Origin: Diplonema japonicum | Taxonomy: Eukaryota > Protista > Euglenozoa: Diplonemea | Length of the DNA: 64,000 nt | Assembly (NCBI GenBank): GCA_964019335.1 | Contig: OZ025724.1 | Coordinates: 372,001-436,000 of the forward strand | Direction: 5' to 3' | Part shown: positions 1-12,570 of the stretch, piece after piece | Numbering within the stretch: position 1 is the stretch's first letter | Layout of the letters: each line of letters starts with the position of its first letter | The notes under the pieces: model-generated | Database searches by the model: none | Told to the model about the DNA's origin: nothing | Seen by the model: only the letters and a program-made list of their open reading frames with translations | Made by a program: the position numbers and the translations under genes

Positions 1-766
1 TTTCTTCTGTTAAAGACAGGGTGAAACAACGAAGGAGAAAGAACAAAAAAAAAAAGAAAAAGAAATAGTTTCCCCCCTTCCCCTAGCTTAGCTAAAATCA
101 CTAAGAGTAATATCAGTAAAGATATCCCAAGGGGCTTTTCTTCTTCAGATTTTGAAAGGGGAAAGGAGAAAAAAAAAAAAAGGAGAGGGAAAAAAAAACG
201 AAGAAGAAATGAAAGAAACTGATCACCCAGAGGAGGGCCGCCAGAGTTTTTCCTTTATTTTTTCTTTTTTTTTTTTTCACCCCCCTTTCAGGTGATAGAT
301 TTGTTATATCTGTCAACTGATTTTTTTTTTTTTCTTCTCCCCTTTTGTCTTTTATATATCACATTACACCCAACCTTTTCTCTCTTTTTTTTTCTTTTTT
401 TTTTTTTTTTTTTGAAAAAATCAAAAAAAAAAAAAAAAATTAGTACCAGTTTTGTGTAGAAGAAGAAAAAAGGGGGGAGGGGGCTGTTCCCGGAAAGAGA
501 AAAAAAATGACATTCTTAGCAGTACTAGAAAGGCCTCAGTAGCAAAAAAAAAAGAGGGGGTTAATAAGGAAGAAAAGAAAATCAAAAAATAAATAGGAGG
601 GAACTAGGGCGGCAACGCTTGTATTTTCTAAAGTGCTAGTCTACAACAAGTTCTTTAAGGAATAAGAAGCGTGGGGGGGGGGGGGGGGGGGGGGACGTGA
701 ATTTTGACTTGAAATACAACCTAGAAGGTCCGCCAAGAGAGTGAGAAGGAATAATAAAAGGGGATC

Positions 767-801
<35 letters not shown>

Positions 802-1470
802 ATGAAAGAACGGGAATTTTCAACAATAACTGCTTTATTCACATGACGAAGAACGAACTTTTTATGTCGTGAATAAGAGCAATTTTCATTTTCTTTTTCT
901 TTTTTTTTTTCCCCATTTTTTTTTTTTTTTTTTTAAAAACCCTCCTCAAAATATTTACTTCATTCAGTACCTTTAAAAAAAAAAAAGAAATCTGATTGAA
1001 AGTTAAGAATTGAGCGGAGTAAATAAAAAAGAAGAAGAAGAAGAAGAAGAAAGAAGAAAAAGAAAACAGCGATTTGTTCTTTTTGTTGTAAAAAAGGTTG
1101 GTTTTTTTTTTATTTTTATAGGCAGGTTTTCTTTGTGAATCAATGTTGAAGGAGGGGGGGGCGCAAAGAGAATTTTTTGGAAACCTAAAAACCAGCACCC
1201 CTCCCTCCCCACATTGGTGCCTACCTATTGCGCTTCGTGTGTGTAAATATTTAAACTAGTTTTCCTTGAGGTGCACCCATATTTGAGAATTGAGTGGGGA
1301 AACCTTTTGACCTTTGGCAAAAAAATAAATAAATAAATAAAAAGGCTGGGGAAGGGGGAGGCAATTGAAATGAAGGATTAAAAAAAAAAGAAATGTAAAT
1401 TAGATAGGAAAGAGGAGGTATACAGCAGCAAGAAATAAATTGAACCCCTTTTTTTTTTTTTTTTTTTTAA

Positions 1471-1799
1471 CGCCTCATATCTCTAAAACCCTTATTGGCC
1501 CCCTTCAAAAAAGGAGAACAGCGAAAATTGCTATTTTCAAAAGCGGTGGGGGGGGGTCAATTTAAATTGGCGAAGTCCATATTTCAATATTAAAAGACAG
1601 GCTGCTTCTTTATTGTATTTGAACGTCTGAGGACAATGAAAAGAATTTTACCTAATAAAAAAGCTCATTACGCTGCCATCAACTAGTTTTTTAGTCTCGA
1701 CAATAATATTGTTAAAACAAAAAAAAAAAAAGAGAGAGGGGGAGAGAAAATGGGTTTGCAAAGACACATTTTCTTTTTTGGTTTTAGAGATATGAAGTA
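1471..1799. mobile_element. MITE-like element with ~20-bp TIRs
   Basis: cgcctcatatctctaaaacc (1471-1490) is inverted at ggttttagagatatgaagta (1780-1799); TAA/TTAA flanks; same TIR recurs at 28011-28239. Confidence 0.7.
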
Positions 1800-2937
1800 T
1801 TAAAATTCGCACATCATGTGCCACCCGATAGTCAGGAAAAAAGGAAGGGGGGAAAAAAAAAGGCGGATAAATGCAACTTTTATTTTTTCCTTTTGTTGGG
1901 GTGGGGTGGGAGGAGCACTTTTAGAGGCTAAAATCCCCCCCCGGAAACCCGCGCGTCCTGTTTTTTTTTTTAAAGGTTTCCAGAACAAACATTTCAAAAA
2001 AAAAAAAAGAAAAAAAAAGGGGGGTAAGACGAAGCTGTCGCGTTTTCGGGTTTTGTTTCTTTTTTTTTGTTTTGTTTTTGTTTGTTTGTTGGCATATTAA
2101 CAAAAGGGTTTTTTTATATTCTTGTGATTCAATTTTTTTTTTTTTTTTTTTTTAAAGTAAGAAGCGAAATAAAAAAAAGAATAAAGTGGAGGGTGGAAGG
2201 GGTGGAGGGGACAAAATAAAAGAAAAAAAGCTGGACTGAAAGAGAAGAGGAAGATGCAAGAGAAGAAGAAGAAGAAAAAAAAAAGAGAAAAATAGAAAAA
2301 AAAAAAAGAAAAGAAGTTATTATTTTGTGTTTGCGCGCAAGTTGCGAGTCTGTAACACAAAATACTACCAAAATGCTTGCTACAACGATGGTTTGTTTTT
2401 GTTCATCAGAAAAAAAAAAAAAGTAGAAAAGAAAAACGTCGGTTTTTAGCCCTTGTTTGAGCACACGGTTTAAATAGTTCTTGTTTAAAAAAACAAAAAC
2501 AAAAACAAAAAAAAAAAAAAAAAACAAAAAAAAGGTAGGCTAATTATTTCCCTTCATGTTCTCATCCTTCCCCCAAACAAAATCAAAACACACCCCCACT
2601 TTTTTTTTTTCCCTCCCTGTATTATTATCATGCCAGCAAAGTGTGCGAGTGCTAAAAGAGTTTTAGGAATGGCACAAAAAGAAATCGGCAGAAACATAAA
2701 GGGAGAGGGAGAAACAAAAAACAAAACAAAAAAAAAAAAAAAAAAGAGAAAAAGCTGGAACGAAGGCTAATCAAGCATCAAACTGAGTTTCAGCATATGG
2801 AAAGGGAAGTTGGTTCTTACACTTTTTCCTCTTCCTCCTTTTTTCTCACTAAAAAGAACTAACTGCCAAGATCGGCCAGTTAGGCAAAAAAAAAAAAAAA
2901 AAAAAAAAGATTGAGTTCAACTGACTTCCACTGGAGG

Positions 2938-2993
<56 letters not shown>

Positions 2994-3116
2994 AGCATCT
3001 AGGATATTTGTCAGTAGCGTCCGGACGTTTGTCAGTCCGACATTTCTTTCTTTTTTTTTTTTTTTTTCCCCTCTTTTTTTTTCACTTTGAGAAACCTAAG
3101 AATTTAAAGATACTGG

Positions 3117-3152
<36 letters not shown>

Positions 3153-3424
3153 AGAGGGTACTGAGCATTTGGTGGAAGGGGATATGTTATGTTTCCTTTA
3201 TTCCCCCTCTTTCTTTCCCAACTTCAAGGGAACAAAAAAAAAAGAGGGAGGAAAAAAGGGAAAAAACTGGGAATTCAAAAAAACAAAAAAAAAACAAAAA
3301 AAAAAAAAAAAAAAAAAGCCGAAACAAAAGCCGAACCATAAACATTTTTTTTTCTTCTTTTTTTTTTTTTTGCTTCCTCCGCTTGGGGAGTAAATCTCTC
3401 CACCGTATTAGATGGGAAGAACAA

Positions 3425-3479
<55 letters not shown>

Positions 3480-3602
3480 AGCATAATAATAATAATGAAA
3501 TACACAACAAAAAGCATGTTTCCACACACGCTTTTATTTTATTTTTTTTTTTTTTTTTTCCCCTCTCTATTCTCTCTCTCCCTTCTCTTTTTCCCCTCTC
3601 TT

Positions 3603-4205
3603 TCACCTAACAGCGACTGCAGCAGTGCTCCCGTGAGCAAAAGAAAGAGCAGAAGTGAGTCTCCTTTTAGTCGGCGACGGTACCTTCAAAAGGTTGAAGG
3701 CTTGGTCATAAGCTGCTTTGTGAATAAAAACATCGAAGTCCATCAGCCGGAGCAACACATGCTCCATGGAGTTAAGGTTGGGCAACATGACACCACCGTA
3801 TTTTGAAGAGATTTTGTTACTGAGGGGACGCTCTGTGGTGAGCTTCATGGCCAGGACAAAGACAGTCAGGACCAGCCGGTGAGCCGTGTACTTTGTCAGC
3901 AGCTCGGGGATTCTTTTGTGCATTTTGCTCATGAGCACGAATGACGCGTGCCAGCACTTCTCGACATCCTCCATTCTGCACCTCACTGCACTGTCCCATA
4001 AAGTGTTCACATAGTCGGCAAGGCTCACCTCGGGAACCGCCCTGCTTTCGAACACAAGCGTCTCTTCGGACTTCTGCCTTGCCTCCCCGCATGCTCCCGT
4101 CAGCCACCTCGCGTACCCGTTCACCCACTCGTAGCGCAGCATACCATTCTCGAGCTGCTCCTGCGAACGGGTCTGGGCGACGATACGAAGACACCTCTGG
4201 CTCAT
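3603..4205 (-). CDS. PHO80/cyclin-P-like cyclin
   Basis: Cyclin-box motifs PEVSLADY, HRLVLT..VLAMK, SN...SKYGGV...LNSME..LL.LMDFDV; ATG follows a poly-A run. Confidence 0.85.
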   Translation of the reverse strand: MSQRCLRIVAQTRSQEQLENGMLRYEWVNGYARWLTGACGEARQKSEETLVFESRAVPEVSLADYVNTLWDSAVRCRMEDVEKCWHASFVLMSKMHKRIPELLTKYTAHRLVLTVFVLAMKLTTERPLSNKISSKYGGVMLPNLNSMEHVLLRLMDFDVFIHKAAYDQAFNLLKVPSPTKRRLTSALSFAHGSTAAVAVR

Positions 4206-4755
4206 TTTTTTTTTTTTTTTTTTTTGAAAAAAAAACTTTTTTTTTTTTTTTTAAAATTATCCTATATTTTGTCACAACTTTGACGTCGAATCGAAGTCGG
4301 GGGGAAAAAAAGGGGGGGGGTTCATTTAAAAGTTCGTTTTCCAAAAGGACGGACAAACTCCCGGACGCGAAAAGAAACCCGGACGTTTGTCCGTGCCTGC
4401 ATTTTCTACATGGGGCTGGTAGGATAATCCTAAGAGGAAAATCGTTTGTTGTATTTTATAAAAAGCTTCTGGGGTGGCAACGAATCTTTTTTTTATATCC
4501 CCTGCTTGGCGCGTTGCGGCTAACGCTGCTTGGGATTGCGCACCAGAACGGGGAACCAAGCAGGTGTGCACCACGCGGGACACCGCGCTCCAACCCGGCC
4601 AGAAAAGATTGGGCTAATAAAATGTGCAACAGAACAACTACACCACCTGCTGACCCACTACGGGAAAACCCGGGAACCAGGGGGAAAATAAACAAAATAA
4701 AGAATAGAGAAAGAAAAGCGTGGAAACGCTCCCCTCCCCTCCATACATCCTCCCT

Positions 4756-6275
4756 TCACCCATCTACCCGTAGCGAAAGGGTCCTTTCCTGCGAACCACG
4801 GGAGGGCGAAGCAGGGGCGGCAAGGCAGCTTTTTTTCTTCGCTCTTTTAGGGCTCAAACTTGGCGTGGGCTGTGCGTCATCAGGAACTGCGATCTTATTC
4901 CGCTTATCCCCTACGCAAGACTTGATGAGGTTCTGGAGATGCTCGGGATGCTTGTCTCGTGGGATCGCACGGAAGTACACGAGGTAAAGCGCCTTCCCTT
5001 GCGAGGTCACCAACGGGGACACCTCCATGCTCACCCCCAGAACATCCCCAAATTGAGTCAGGATAACAGTGGGCCTCGCATCCTGCAGCCTCTTAACGGT
5101 ATTCTTCTCGTACACCTGTGTGAAGAACTGCTCGTGCGTCTCTCTAAACGGAAAAGGAACAAGCGTCGAAACAGGTTTAAAAAGGATATTATCAGCCACC
5201 CAACCTGTAATAATAAGCGTCAGTTCATTGCAGAAAAGAACGGTGCCTGTCAGAGACGTGACAACAACGCACGAGTTGTACATAGATAAAGCTGCTGCGA
5301 GGTCATCTGATATACCAGAATGGCTGGAAAAGGTCAACCGTTTCTTGCGAAGGCTCTCCGTCTTCTCCAGCCGGACTGCTACTAAACCGTCAGGCAGCTT
5401 GGTGGAACTCATCAGAAGAAACATGGTTTCCGTCTTCTCAAACGCAACCCTGCGATCCTCGATAGGCACCTGCTTCACGAACAGATCCCCCGCGAAGACT
5501 AGGTCCATAAACGCTTCCCTGCAAAACCCATCGAGAATTGATTTAAAAGAAGTGCCTACTTCGACAAGGGGTTCTTCTGTCATTAGATTTTTGGCGGCGT
5601 CCGACATCCCTCGGACCATCCCGTCTCTTGACAGAACCAAAACCAGGTCTGGTTTTTCTCGTAAAAAGCTGATTTCTGGTTTTGAAAGGTGGCCTTTTTT
5701 TATAAAGGAGACTCTTGATGCGACACTGCCTTGGTCGGAGAGGCCTGACGATGCCGAGGAACCTGTTTGCGTGTCCATTTGCATGTTTGAAAGATTCGTT
5801 GCGTTCAGAAGCAGATTGTTCCTTGGGGTGTTGCCTTCATCGTCTGCATATGTCGGGTGGAAGAATGTCATTAGAAACATGGTGCATGGTCTGGTGAACC
5901 TCATCTTCTTGAAGGATGTTGTTACAAATGCACCCTCAACAATAAATGTAATGGTGTCGTTGTTGCCGAAGGTTACGAATTTTGCCAACAACGTGCCCAC
6001 AGTCACATCGGAGGGGTGTAGGTCCATCATGCGCATTGCCAGCTTGCTGATGTAAAGGACCCCTCCGTCTTCAAGATACAAAATGGCAGGCATTGGGAAG
6101 TGGTCCATTGACCTTGTCAGCTCCACCACGCTAGGGGTTGTGACCACCATAGCGGGGTCCACCTTCTGGTTCGCCTTGTTCATAACAGCCATTCTGTAGT
6201 TGTGGATCCGCTTGCGTCTTTCGTTACGTTCACGTGGTGACGTGGGGGAGCTTCCCGTTGAGGAACCGCACCCCA

Positions 6276-6276
<1 letters not shown>
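4756..6276 (-). CDS. Multi-PAS-domain protein with N-terminal MGCGSS acylation motif
   Basis: True ATG at 6276 after poly-A (upstream ORF part is poly-K); three PAS-like segments (PAILYLEDGGVLYISKLA, LVLVLSRDGMVRGMSDAA, VVVTSLTGTVLFCNE...GW...ILFKPVSTLVP). Confidence 0.8.
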
Positions 6277-6314
<38 letters not shown>

Positions 6315-6402
6315 TGGAACTTTTTTTTTTTTTTTTTTTGTTACAAAAATATTTATCTTTCAAAAAAAATGATTTTTATAACTATATGCAACTTTGTGCC
6401 GA

Positions 6403-6450
<48 letters not shown>

Positions 6451-6867
6451 TTCGCAGCTTTTTTTTTTTTTTAACCCATAACACTCCGGGGCCTATCTGC
6501 ATAGGGGTCCCTTTTTTGCTCCTTTTCATAATCTGAGGGGAAAAATGGCAGCATTCAACCCCCGTTTGCAGGTAAAACGGGTTTTTTGGACCAGGAAAAT
6601 TAAAAAAAAAGTTCAAAAATTAACGCTCCATATTCGCTAAGTGACCCACCAGAACCCGCATTTTGAAGAGCTAAATAAATTTCTAATTGCTTTTTCTAGG
6701 GTTGGAATGGATTTATTTGCGTCCGGGGCCCAATGTTCGACATATGGAATTTTTTTTTGTAATAAAAATTTTTTTGGTGATTTGCCTTACTTTGTACTAT
6801 ACAAAATGAAGCAGCTCCGGTGGAAAAAACACGGCACAAGTGGGGTTCGAACCCTGATGAAAAAACC

Positions 6868-6948
6868 ACTGCGTCGGGATTCGAACCCGCGACTCCTGGA
6901 ACAAGGGGGCCTGACAGGTGAGCACGGTAACCACTCTACCACACAGGA
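6868..6948 (-). pseudogene. tRNA-Asp(GTC)-like pseudogene or SINE head
   Basis: Minus strand: A-box TGGTAGAGTGG, loop CTGTCAG, B-box GGTTCGAATCC, then a T-run; extra bases and poor stems. Confidence 0.6.
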
Positions 6949-6949
6949 A

Positions 6950-6950
6950 T

Positions 6951-7002
<52 letters not shown>

Positions 7003-8700
7003 TGCTATAAGTGCACTTGTATCGGAAACCCTGGTTCTCCTGCCATAGTGTTCCTTTACTGCCCATCCCTACGGGGGACGGTTCTGTTTTTAACTGGTTG
7101 CCTAGAGGCCAGTGGTCACTTACGGATCGAGCCGCCTTCTGCGTTATTCCACCGTGGAAGGATTTGTTGGCCCCGCCCGGAGCCGAATGTTGGCGTTGGA
7201 GATGATGTGAGAGGAAGAGATCACGGGTCGACTCCCCGAAAGATACCGAGATATCGATCCCGGGCCTTGGGGATTGGTAGCCGGCCAGACTACCACTAGC
7301 CCGAAGGCTCGCCATACACAGGAATTCAAAACTCTGACCCCCCATCTTTACTCACGCATCCGGCTTAGTGGGTGGAGTAGGTTCCCTTCTTTTCACACCA
7401 GATATCCTCGTGATACACACTCACGACGTGCCTCAGCCCATCAACACTGTGATGAAATAAACACGAGATGAGCTAAAGGAGGTTGGAACGTCCTTGTCTA
7501 CTTATTTCTACTTATCTACCCCTTTCCCAGTTTTCGAAGTCTAGTACTAGTTATTGTGGTGACTGTCGTCTTCCTCGGTCCGTCGTACTACTTTAGCTTC
7601 CTGAGCTACTACTCAGGTGGTGCGCATGAGCGTTTCCTTCCGTTATCTGTTCCAGGGGTGCGTCGTGTACGTTTCTAGTACACTGAAGAGTAGGGGTCAC
7701 CAGAAAAATCTGTTGTTTCTTCAGACGCTTGATCCACCCGAAGTAGAACAGCAGGAAGGGGGAGAAGGAGGAGGAAGGGGGAGGAGATACTGATGTCTTC
7801 TTCTTTACTTTCTGTTGTCGCTACTGTCTTTGCTGCTACTGCTGGTGCTGTTGCTGCTGTTACTGTTGTTGCTGCTGCGTTGGGGAGGTTGTCCATGTCC
7901 TCTGTTGTGCCTCGGGTGGCCCTCCTCTGCTTCCTCGGTCTTGTGCTTCTTGTACAAGATGAGGCTGGGGTGCCATCCTTTGTTTTTGCCTGCTTATGGC
8001 ACTTCCACTCCGTCTGCTCTGAGATCTCACTTCTTGCCCTCTTTTGTGTAGTGGACCCGGTAGTGGAGCTCCTTGTGGCTGTACTCCGCTATCGCGATCC
8101 TGTCCATCTGGAGTCCTCGTTGTCTGAGGCTCTCTGCTGGCTGGAAGGGCTTGCTTTGGTCTTTCCCTTCGAGTTGCCCGTGTGCTCTCAGGAGTAGGAA
8201 GTATTCTCCGGTCGTCGTCACTGCTTGTTTCATAGTCTCCGTTCCGTTTAGGCTGGTCATCAAACCAGGGCACGCGGGTCAAGGATCTTCCAACGCAAAC
8301 GTGACCGGTGATCGGTGTAATTCCCACATAAGTACCTTCCAAGCAGAAATAACTTCTGCCCCAAAGGCAACGTCACTTTCAAATGACTATGCCATTTGGA
8401 CTGTACGTTGCCCTGTGGTGGACGGCGTAGACGCGCATCTGTCTCTTCAACTATAAACTCCCCTACGGAACCCTCTTTGACCTTCTCGTCATCTCCACCC
8501 ATTTGTATTTGGTGATTACGGCCGAAGTGCAGAGGACAGGACTGTTATGTTTACTGACTAACAACTAACAATCTTACAATGTTAAGAGCTGTCCTTCCCT
8601 CAAAACTGCACTTTTCTTCAACTAGACTCCCACAAGCTTACGAAAAGCTTTCGCGGAAACACCGGTTCAGGCTGCCGTTTCTCCCCTGTGGGGAGCCTTA
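6950..8700 (-). mobile_element. Decayed poly-A-tailed retroelement-like segment
   Basis: ~50-nt poly-A at the minus-strand 3' end; broken ORFs; ESTRDLFLS...SVSDHWPL resembles the C-terminus of an APE/EEP endonuclease. Confidence 0.4.
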
Positions 8701-8704
8701 AAAA

Positions 8705-8780
8705 ATCCGCTGGAGTGGGGCTTGAACCCGCTTCGCCTAGGTACAGGGCAAAGCCCCCCCAACTAGACTACTACACCCTC
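8705..8780 (-). pseudogene. tRNA-derived sequence (SINE-like head)
   Basis: Minus strand: A-box-like TAGTCTAGTTGG, B-box GGTTCAAGCC, then a T-run. Confidence 0.45.
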
Positions 8781-9339
8781 GAAAATATTTTCGGCTGAAC
8801 TACTGGTCAGGAAGATGCTGGCTTCTGGGATCGAACCCTGTTAACCATGTTTTTCAAAGGGAAAAGTGCCCAGTTGCAAAAGTTTGGCAAAAATGGCCAA
8901 AACTCAAAATGGCGACTTCCAAGGTCATTTTGGTTGGCCCCCAATATTTTTTTTTTTGGAAAATTTTTTTTGGAACTTCCTTGGAACTCACCGTTCTTTC
9001 ATGTTCGACATATGGATTTTTTGGAAAAAAAAATTCAATGAACCTTTGGGCATTTTTGACATTTTTTCCCCTATAGCCCCCTATAACCCCTTTGGGACAT
9101 AGGGCGAATATGGAGCGTAATAAAAATACAAAGGGGATGAAGAGTTGAATGGCCGTAGGGTGCTCAAAAACGACCATGTCAAAATGGGTTGTGCACGGGG
9201 GGGTGTAAATTGAGCATCTTGGGACAAAAAAGGCAGCATCAGGACCCCTCAGATGTCTCAGACCGAGAGAAGTGCCTATTTGCGGGTGGAATATCGGCCT
9301 CGAAATCGTCAAGAGGCCTTTTTGGGGTGATGGAAGAGT

Positions 9340-10450
9340 GGTACGAAAAAAGCACTTATTTGGACAGAGGTGTTGGTTACAGGTGTAGCATTTGTAGATT
9401 GTGCGCTTTGTGTCATCCTTTCAACCTGCAGAACCTGGAGTTGCCCCCTTTGAGTGGTTGGTGGTCACGTTTGGTGTAATCTGGGGTGTCGGGTGTGTGT
9501 GCTCCACTAGTTGGGTGCCGGGAGTGGTGTTTTTGCAACACTGGACCCATCATTTAGGCTCTCTCGAAAGCGCTCTTTAAAAGCAGCCAGGGTTTTGTAT
9601 CTCTTTGGCTGAACCCTAACCATATTTTATTTAAAGTGCAAGGCAGTTAACTATTGTCACTTCTAGGGCCCACCAGAAGAGTCCGCAACACTCCAACGAA
9701 ATGCAAGCCCCCTCACAGTTTTTTCACAGGGCTTCGGCCAGACCCACAGTCGAAAAGTAGTTATTGCAAACTACCGTGTTGTCGTTCCCCGAAAATTCCC
9801 CGTTAACCCCAGCACCACCTTTTCCACGACATTGAAATCTTCAAGTGCGTGCCCCTCGATTTTGGTGGCGTGGATGTGAAAACGCGAAAGATAACCCGTG
9901 CTCACGCAGTTTAGGCAGTTTATTTTTATGCCATATCTCTTACGCTTGAGAGGACAGTAGACCCCAAGCCCCCCCAATTGCCCCGTGACGGTACGAGTGT
10001 CTCGTCAATGCTTAAATATTTTCCTGGCACTGTGGTTTTTGCCCACTTGTTACCAATTCTGTCCAGAAACCCTCGTGTCTTCCACAACACATCACCGTTT
10101 GACTCTTCTGTGTGAGTGAAGTGGAGGCTACTTTTAATTTCCTGGTAGCGTCTCCTGGGCATCGTGTTACTGAAAAGGGGGATTTTCATGGGTCCTGTGG
10201 ACCAATACGTTTGCTAATTCTGGGCACGCCGCAAACCCATTATAATGCTCAATCCGAGAAAGCGGTGGAGTCCTGGGTCGAAATCTTATCAATCTCAGCG
10301 TCCTTATGCTTGTTTGTCTCTTCTTGGATGACGTCTGTGAACTTCTTATCAAAAAACCGAAGGAATAATCATTTTGCGTCGTCAGGTTTCTGCGTACCAC
10401 GGGACAGCTTTTTTCCCCCCCACCGGCCTATTTTATGGTCTCTATGGGTA
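9340..10450 (-). pseudogene. piggyBac transposase pseudogene
   Basis: Frameshifted fragments MPRRRYQEIKSSLHF, PGKYLSIDETLVP, YCPLK..RYGIK, LFWWALEVTIVN and C-terminal YKCYTCNQHLCPNKCF. Confidence 0.9.
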
Positions 10451-11520
10451 CCAACTCCCTTACCCATGAAGGTTGGACCTCGTCCGTAGCTGTTTTGGCT
10501 TTACCTTTGCGTTTTTTGGACACAGTCTGCACACCCGTTATTTTGCGTTTTTTCGCCTATCCACTCGGATTTGGGACCCACTTGGTGGGTGGATAACAAG
10601 GTAAAGTGATGCAGTGCAACATGAATTGCAGTTGAAAATAACTCCTCACTATAGTCGTTCTTGGAGATCCAGGGGTCGTGGGGACGAAAAAGTACTTAGA
10701 GAAAAAAAACGATTTTTCAAAACGACAAATATTTGCGCCTTGGAGTGTTATGGGTTATAAAAAAAAAAACTTTTTTGCTCGTGCGAACAACAAAGCAAAA
10801 AGTAAAATGCCGCCGGAGACTGCCAAAGCGGGTGGAGAGGGGGTTGGATCACCCACCTCCCCGCCTCCGCGACAGACGCCAGGCCGGAGTGAGGCGACCC
10901 CAAAGAGATCCAGGGTCGACCGGAGGCCGTTCGGGGCCATCTCCGGGCTGATCCCCATGTTTAGGGACCGGGTGGAGAGTTCGCATGGGTCGGGACATCG
11001 GCTGGAACTCTCAGCGACCGAGCTGATCGAGGGCCAAGCGCCGACGACTCACCACACGACAACCCCGACACTCAGGCTTCCCCACCGCTATGGGGTCTGC
11101 AAGCCTTAGAGCCGTCGAAGTGGTTAGAAAGCGTGGTTAGAGCCGGGCGAGCGCCCCATGGTGGTGGCCAACATCGCCATGCAGTACAGGCAGCTGACCG
11201 TCGGGCCCCACGCTTGGGAGGCAGGCGAACAACAAAGACATATAGTCATAAAGAATTTTTTTTTTTTTTTTTAATTTGAAAGATGAATGAAGGGGAGGGG
11301 GACTGAAGGGGATTACAACGAAAAGACTCTGCTGTAAAAAGTGGCAGTATTTTCTTTTTTTTTTTTTTTTGATTTTTATATTCCATCTGCAAACGTATAA
11401 ATGGAAAGTGATATGGAGTTCATGTACGATGGGTCTTTTTTTTTTTTTTTTTGCCACTTTTTCAGAAATTGAATCACACACCCCCCCACTCCTCCCGCCC
11501 CCCACGCACTAACTAACTAA

Positions 11521-11562
11521 ATTCACTATGATAGGAACGAAGTGGTTAGCAACGGCCCGCCA
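11521..11562. repeat. 42-bp exact dispersed repeat, copy 1
   Basis: attcactatgataggaacgaagtggttagcaacggcccgcca, identical at 16717-16758. Confidence 0.9.
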
Positions 11563-11966
11563 CTAAATGTTGCTTTGATCATCTTTTCTCTCTCTTTTGA
11601 TTCGCTTTTTATTTTATTCCTTTTTTTTTCTTCCACTCCCCCTGCCTTCAATCAGGGCACCGGGAGGAGCAGCCAGTACGGAGGGGCAGAGCCCTTTAAA
11701 AAAAAAGAGGGGGGGGGGATGGAAAGAAAAAAATGGAAGGTCTCTTATCTCAGAAGGGACATAAAAAAAAAAGAGGGACACAAAGATTCGTAGTGCGCAA
11801 CTTCTTTTTTTTTTATAGGCGGTTTAGGAACAAAGAAAAAAAAAGTTTACAAGTACCGTTTTTTTAGTAGGGGGGGGGCTGACCTTTGTAAGATGTTAAA
11901 AGGTTGGTACTTTGAAAAAAAGGGGGAACGGGGGCAACAGACTGGTTTATCACCTGCGAATAAGGC

Positions 11967-12001
<35 letters not shown>

Positions 12002-12570
12002 GGCTGCACCCGTGGTTACATTCTTTTTTTTAAACCAAATAAAAACAGATTTATTTGGTTGCATTGGGTTGTTGTCTTTGTAACACATAGAGAAATAATA
12101 TTTTAAAATTTAAAAAACAGGTGGGGGGGGGGGGGAGCATCTAACAGAAAGATCTGAAGGGTGGTAAAAAGAAAAAGGAGGGGGGGGGGGGTAATAGTGA
12201 TATAAAATAGAGGCCTTGGCTACCAACTTAGTGGTATGTGAAGAAGAAGAAAAAACAAGGAGGGGGAAAAAAAGAACAAGGAAAAAAAAAAAGAACGTTT
12301 CCTCTTTTGTTTTTTTTCTTACTCTCAATTTTCCCCCCCTCTGCACCGTGGGGGGGATAAAATATTACGGTCGGGGAGAACGGAAGGGGGCAGTGAAACT
12401 AATTAAAAAAACCCCCCCTTTCCCTCTTTTTCTTTTTTTTTTTTTTTTTCGGGCTTTACAGTTCAATGAAAAAAACCGAGAAATAAAAAAAAATCCTATC
12501 CTTTTTTTTTTTTTTTTTTTTTTATTTTATCTTTAAAAAAAAAATAATAATAATAAAAATGACACCCACC

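Larger units (their letters stand above)
6624..9117. mobile_element. Non-autonomous TIR element nested in the piggyBac
   Basis: Perfect 14-bp TIR cgctccatattcgc (6624-6637) / gcgaatatggagcg (9104-9117), TAA on both sides. Confidence 0.7.
6475..10754 (-). mobile_element. Decayed piggyBac transposon
   Basis: 13-bp TIR cccataacactcc (6475-6487) / ggagtgttatggg (10742-10754); TTAA on the left, TTAT(AA) on the right; empty TTAA site seen in the other repeat copies. Confidence 0.9.
6340..11260. repeat. Dispersed repeat, split here by nested insertions
   Basis: 6340-6470 plus 10760-10855 and 11225-11260 match the contiguous sequence at ~40211-40415 and ~53618-53825. Confidence 0.85.

Noticed and set aside
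1-3600. Many poly-Lys/poly-Phe ORFs here and in other spacers
   Set aside because: Translations of homopolymer runs with no protein-like content
4345-4400. aaactcccggacg motif similar to the pogo TIR (also ~3000-3045)
   Set aside because: No paired termini or TSD could be defined; at most a remnant
6277-6363. N-terminal extensions in the ORF track (also 16217-16603, 33072-33179, 55606-55626)
   Set aside because: Non-ATG starts, mostly running through poly-A; the downstream ATG gives a sensible N-terminus
6868-6948. Functional tRNA genes (also 8705-8780 and 50838-50908)
   Set aside because: Stems are broken and all lie inside mobile elements
11060-11185. Minus-strand TGGCGATGTTGGCCACC and ACCCC...GGGGAAGCC, reminiscent of the ingi/L1Tc 5' HDV-like ribozyme signature as I remember it
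   Set aside because: I could not build the nested double pseudoknot by eye; needs an Infernal/RNArobo search
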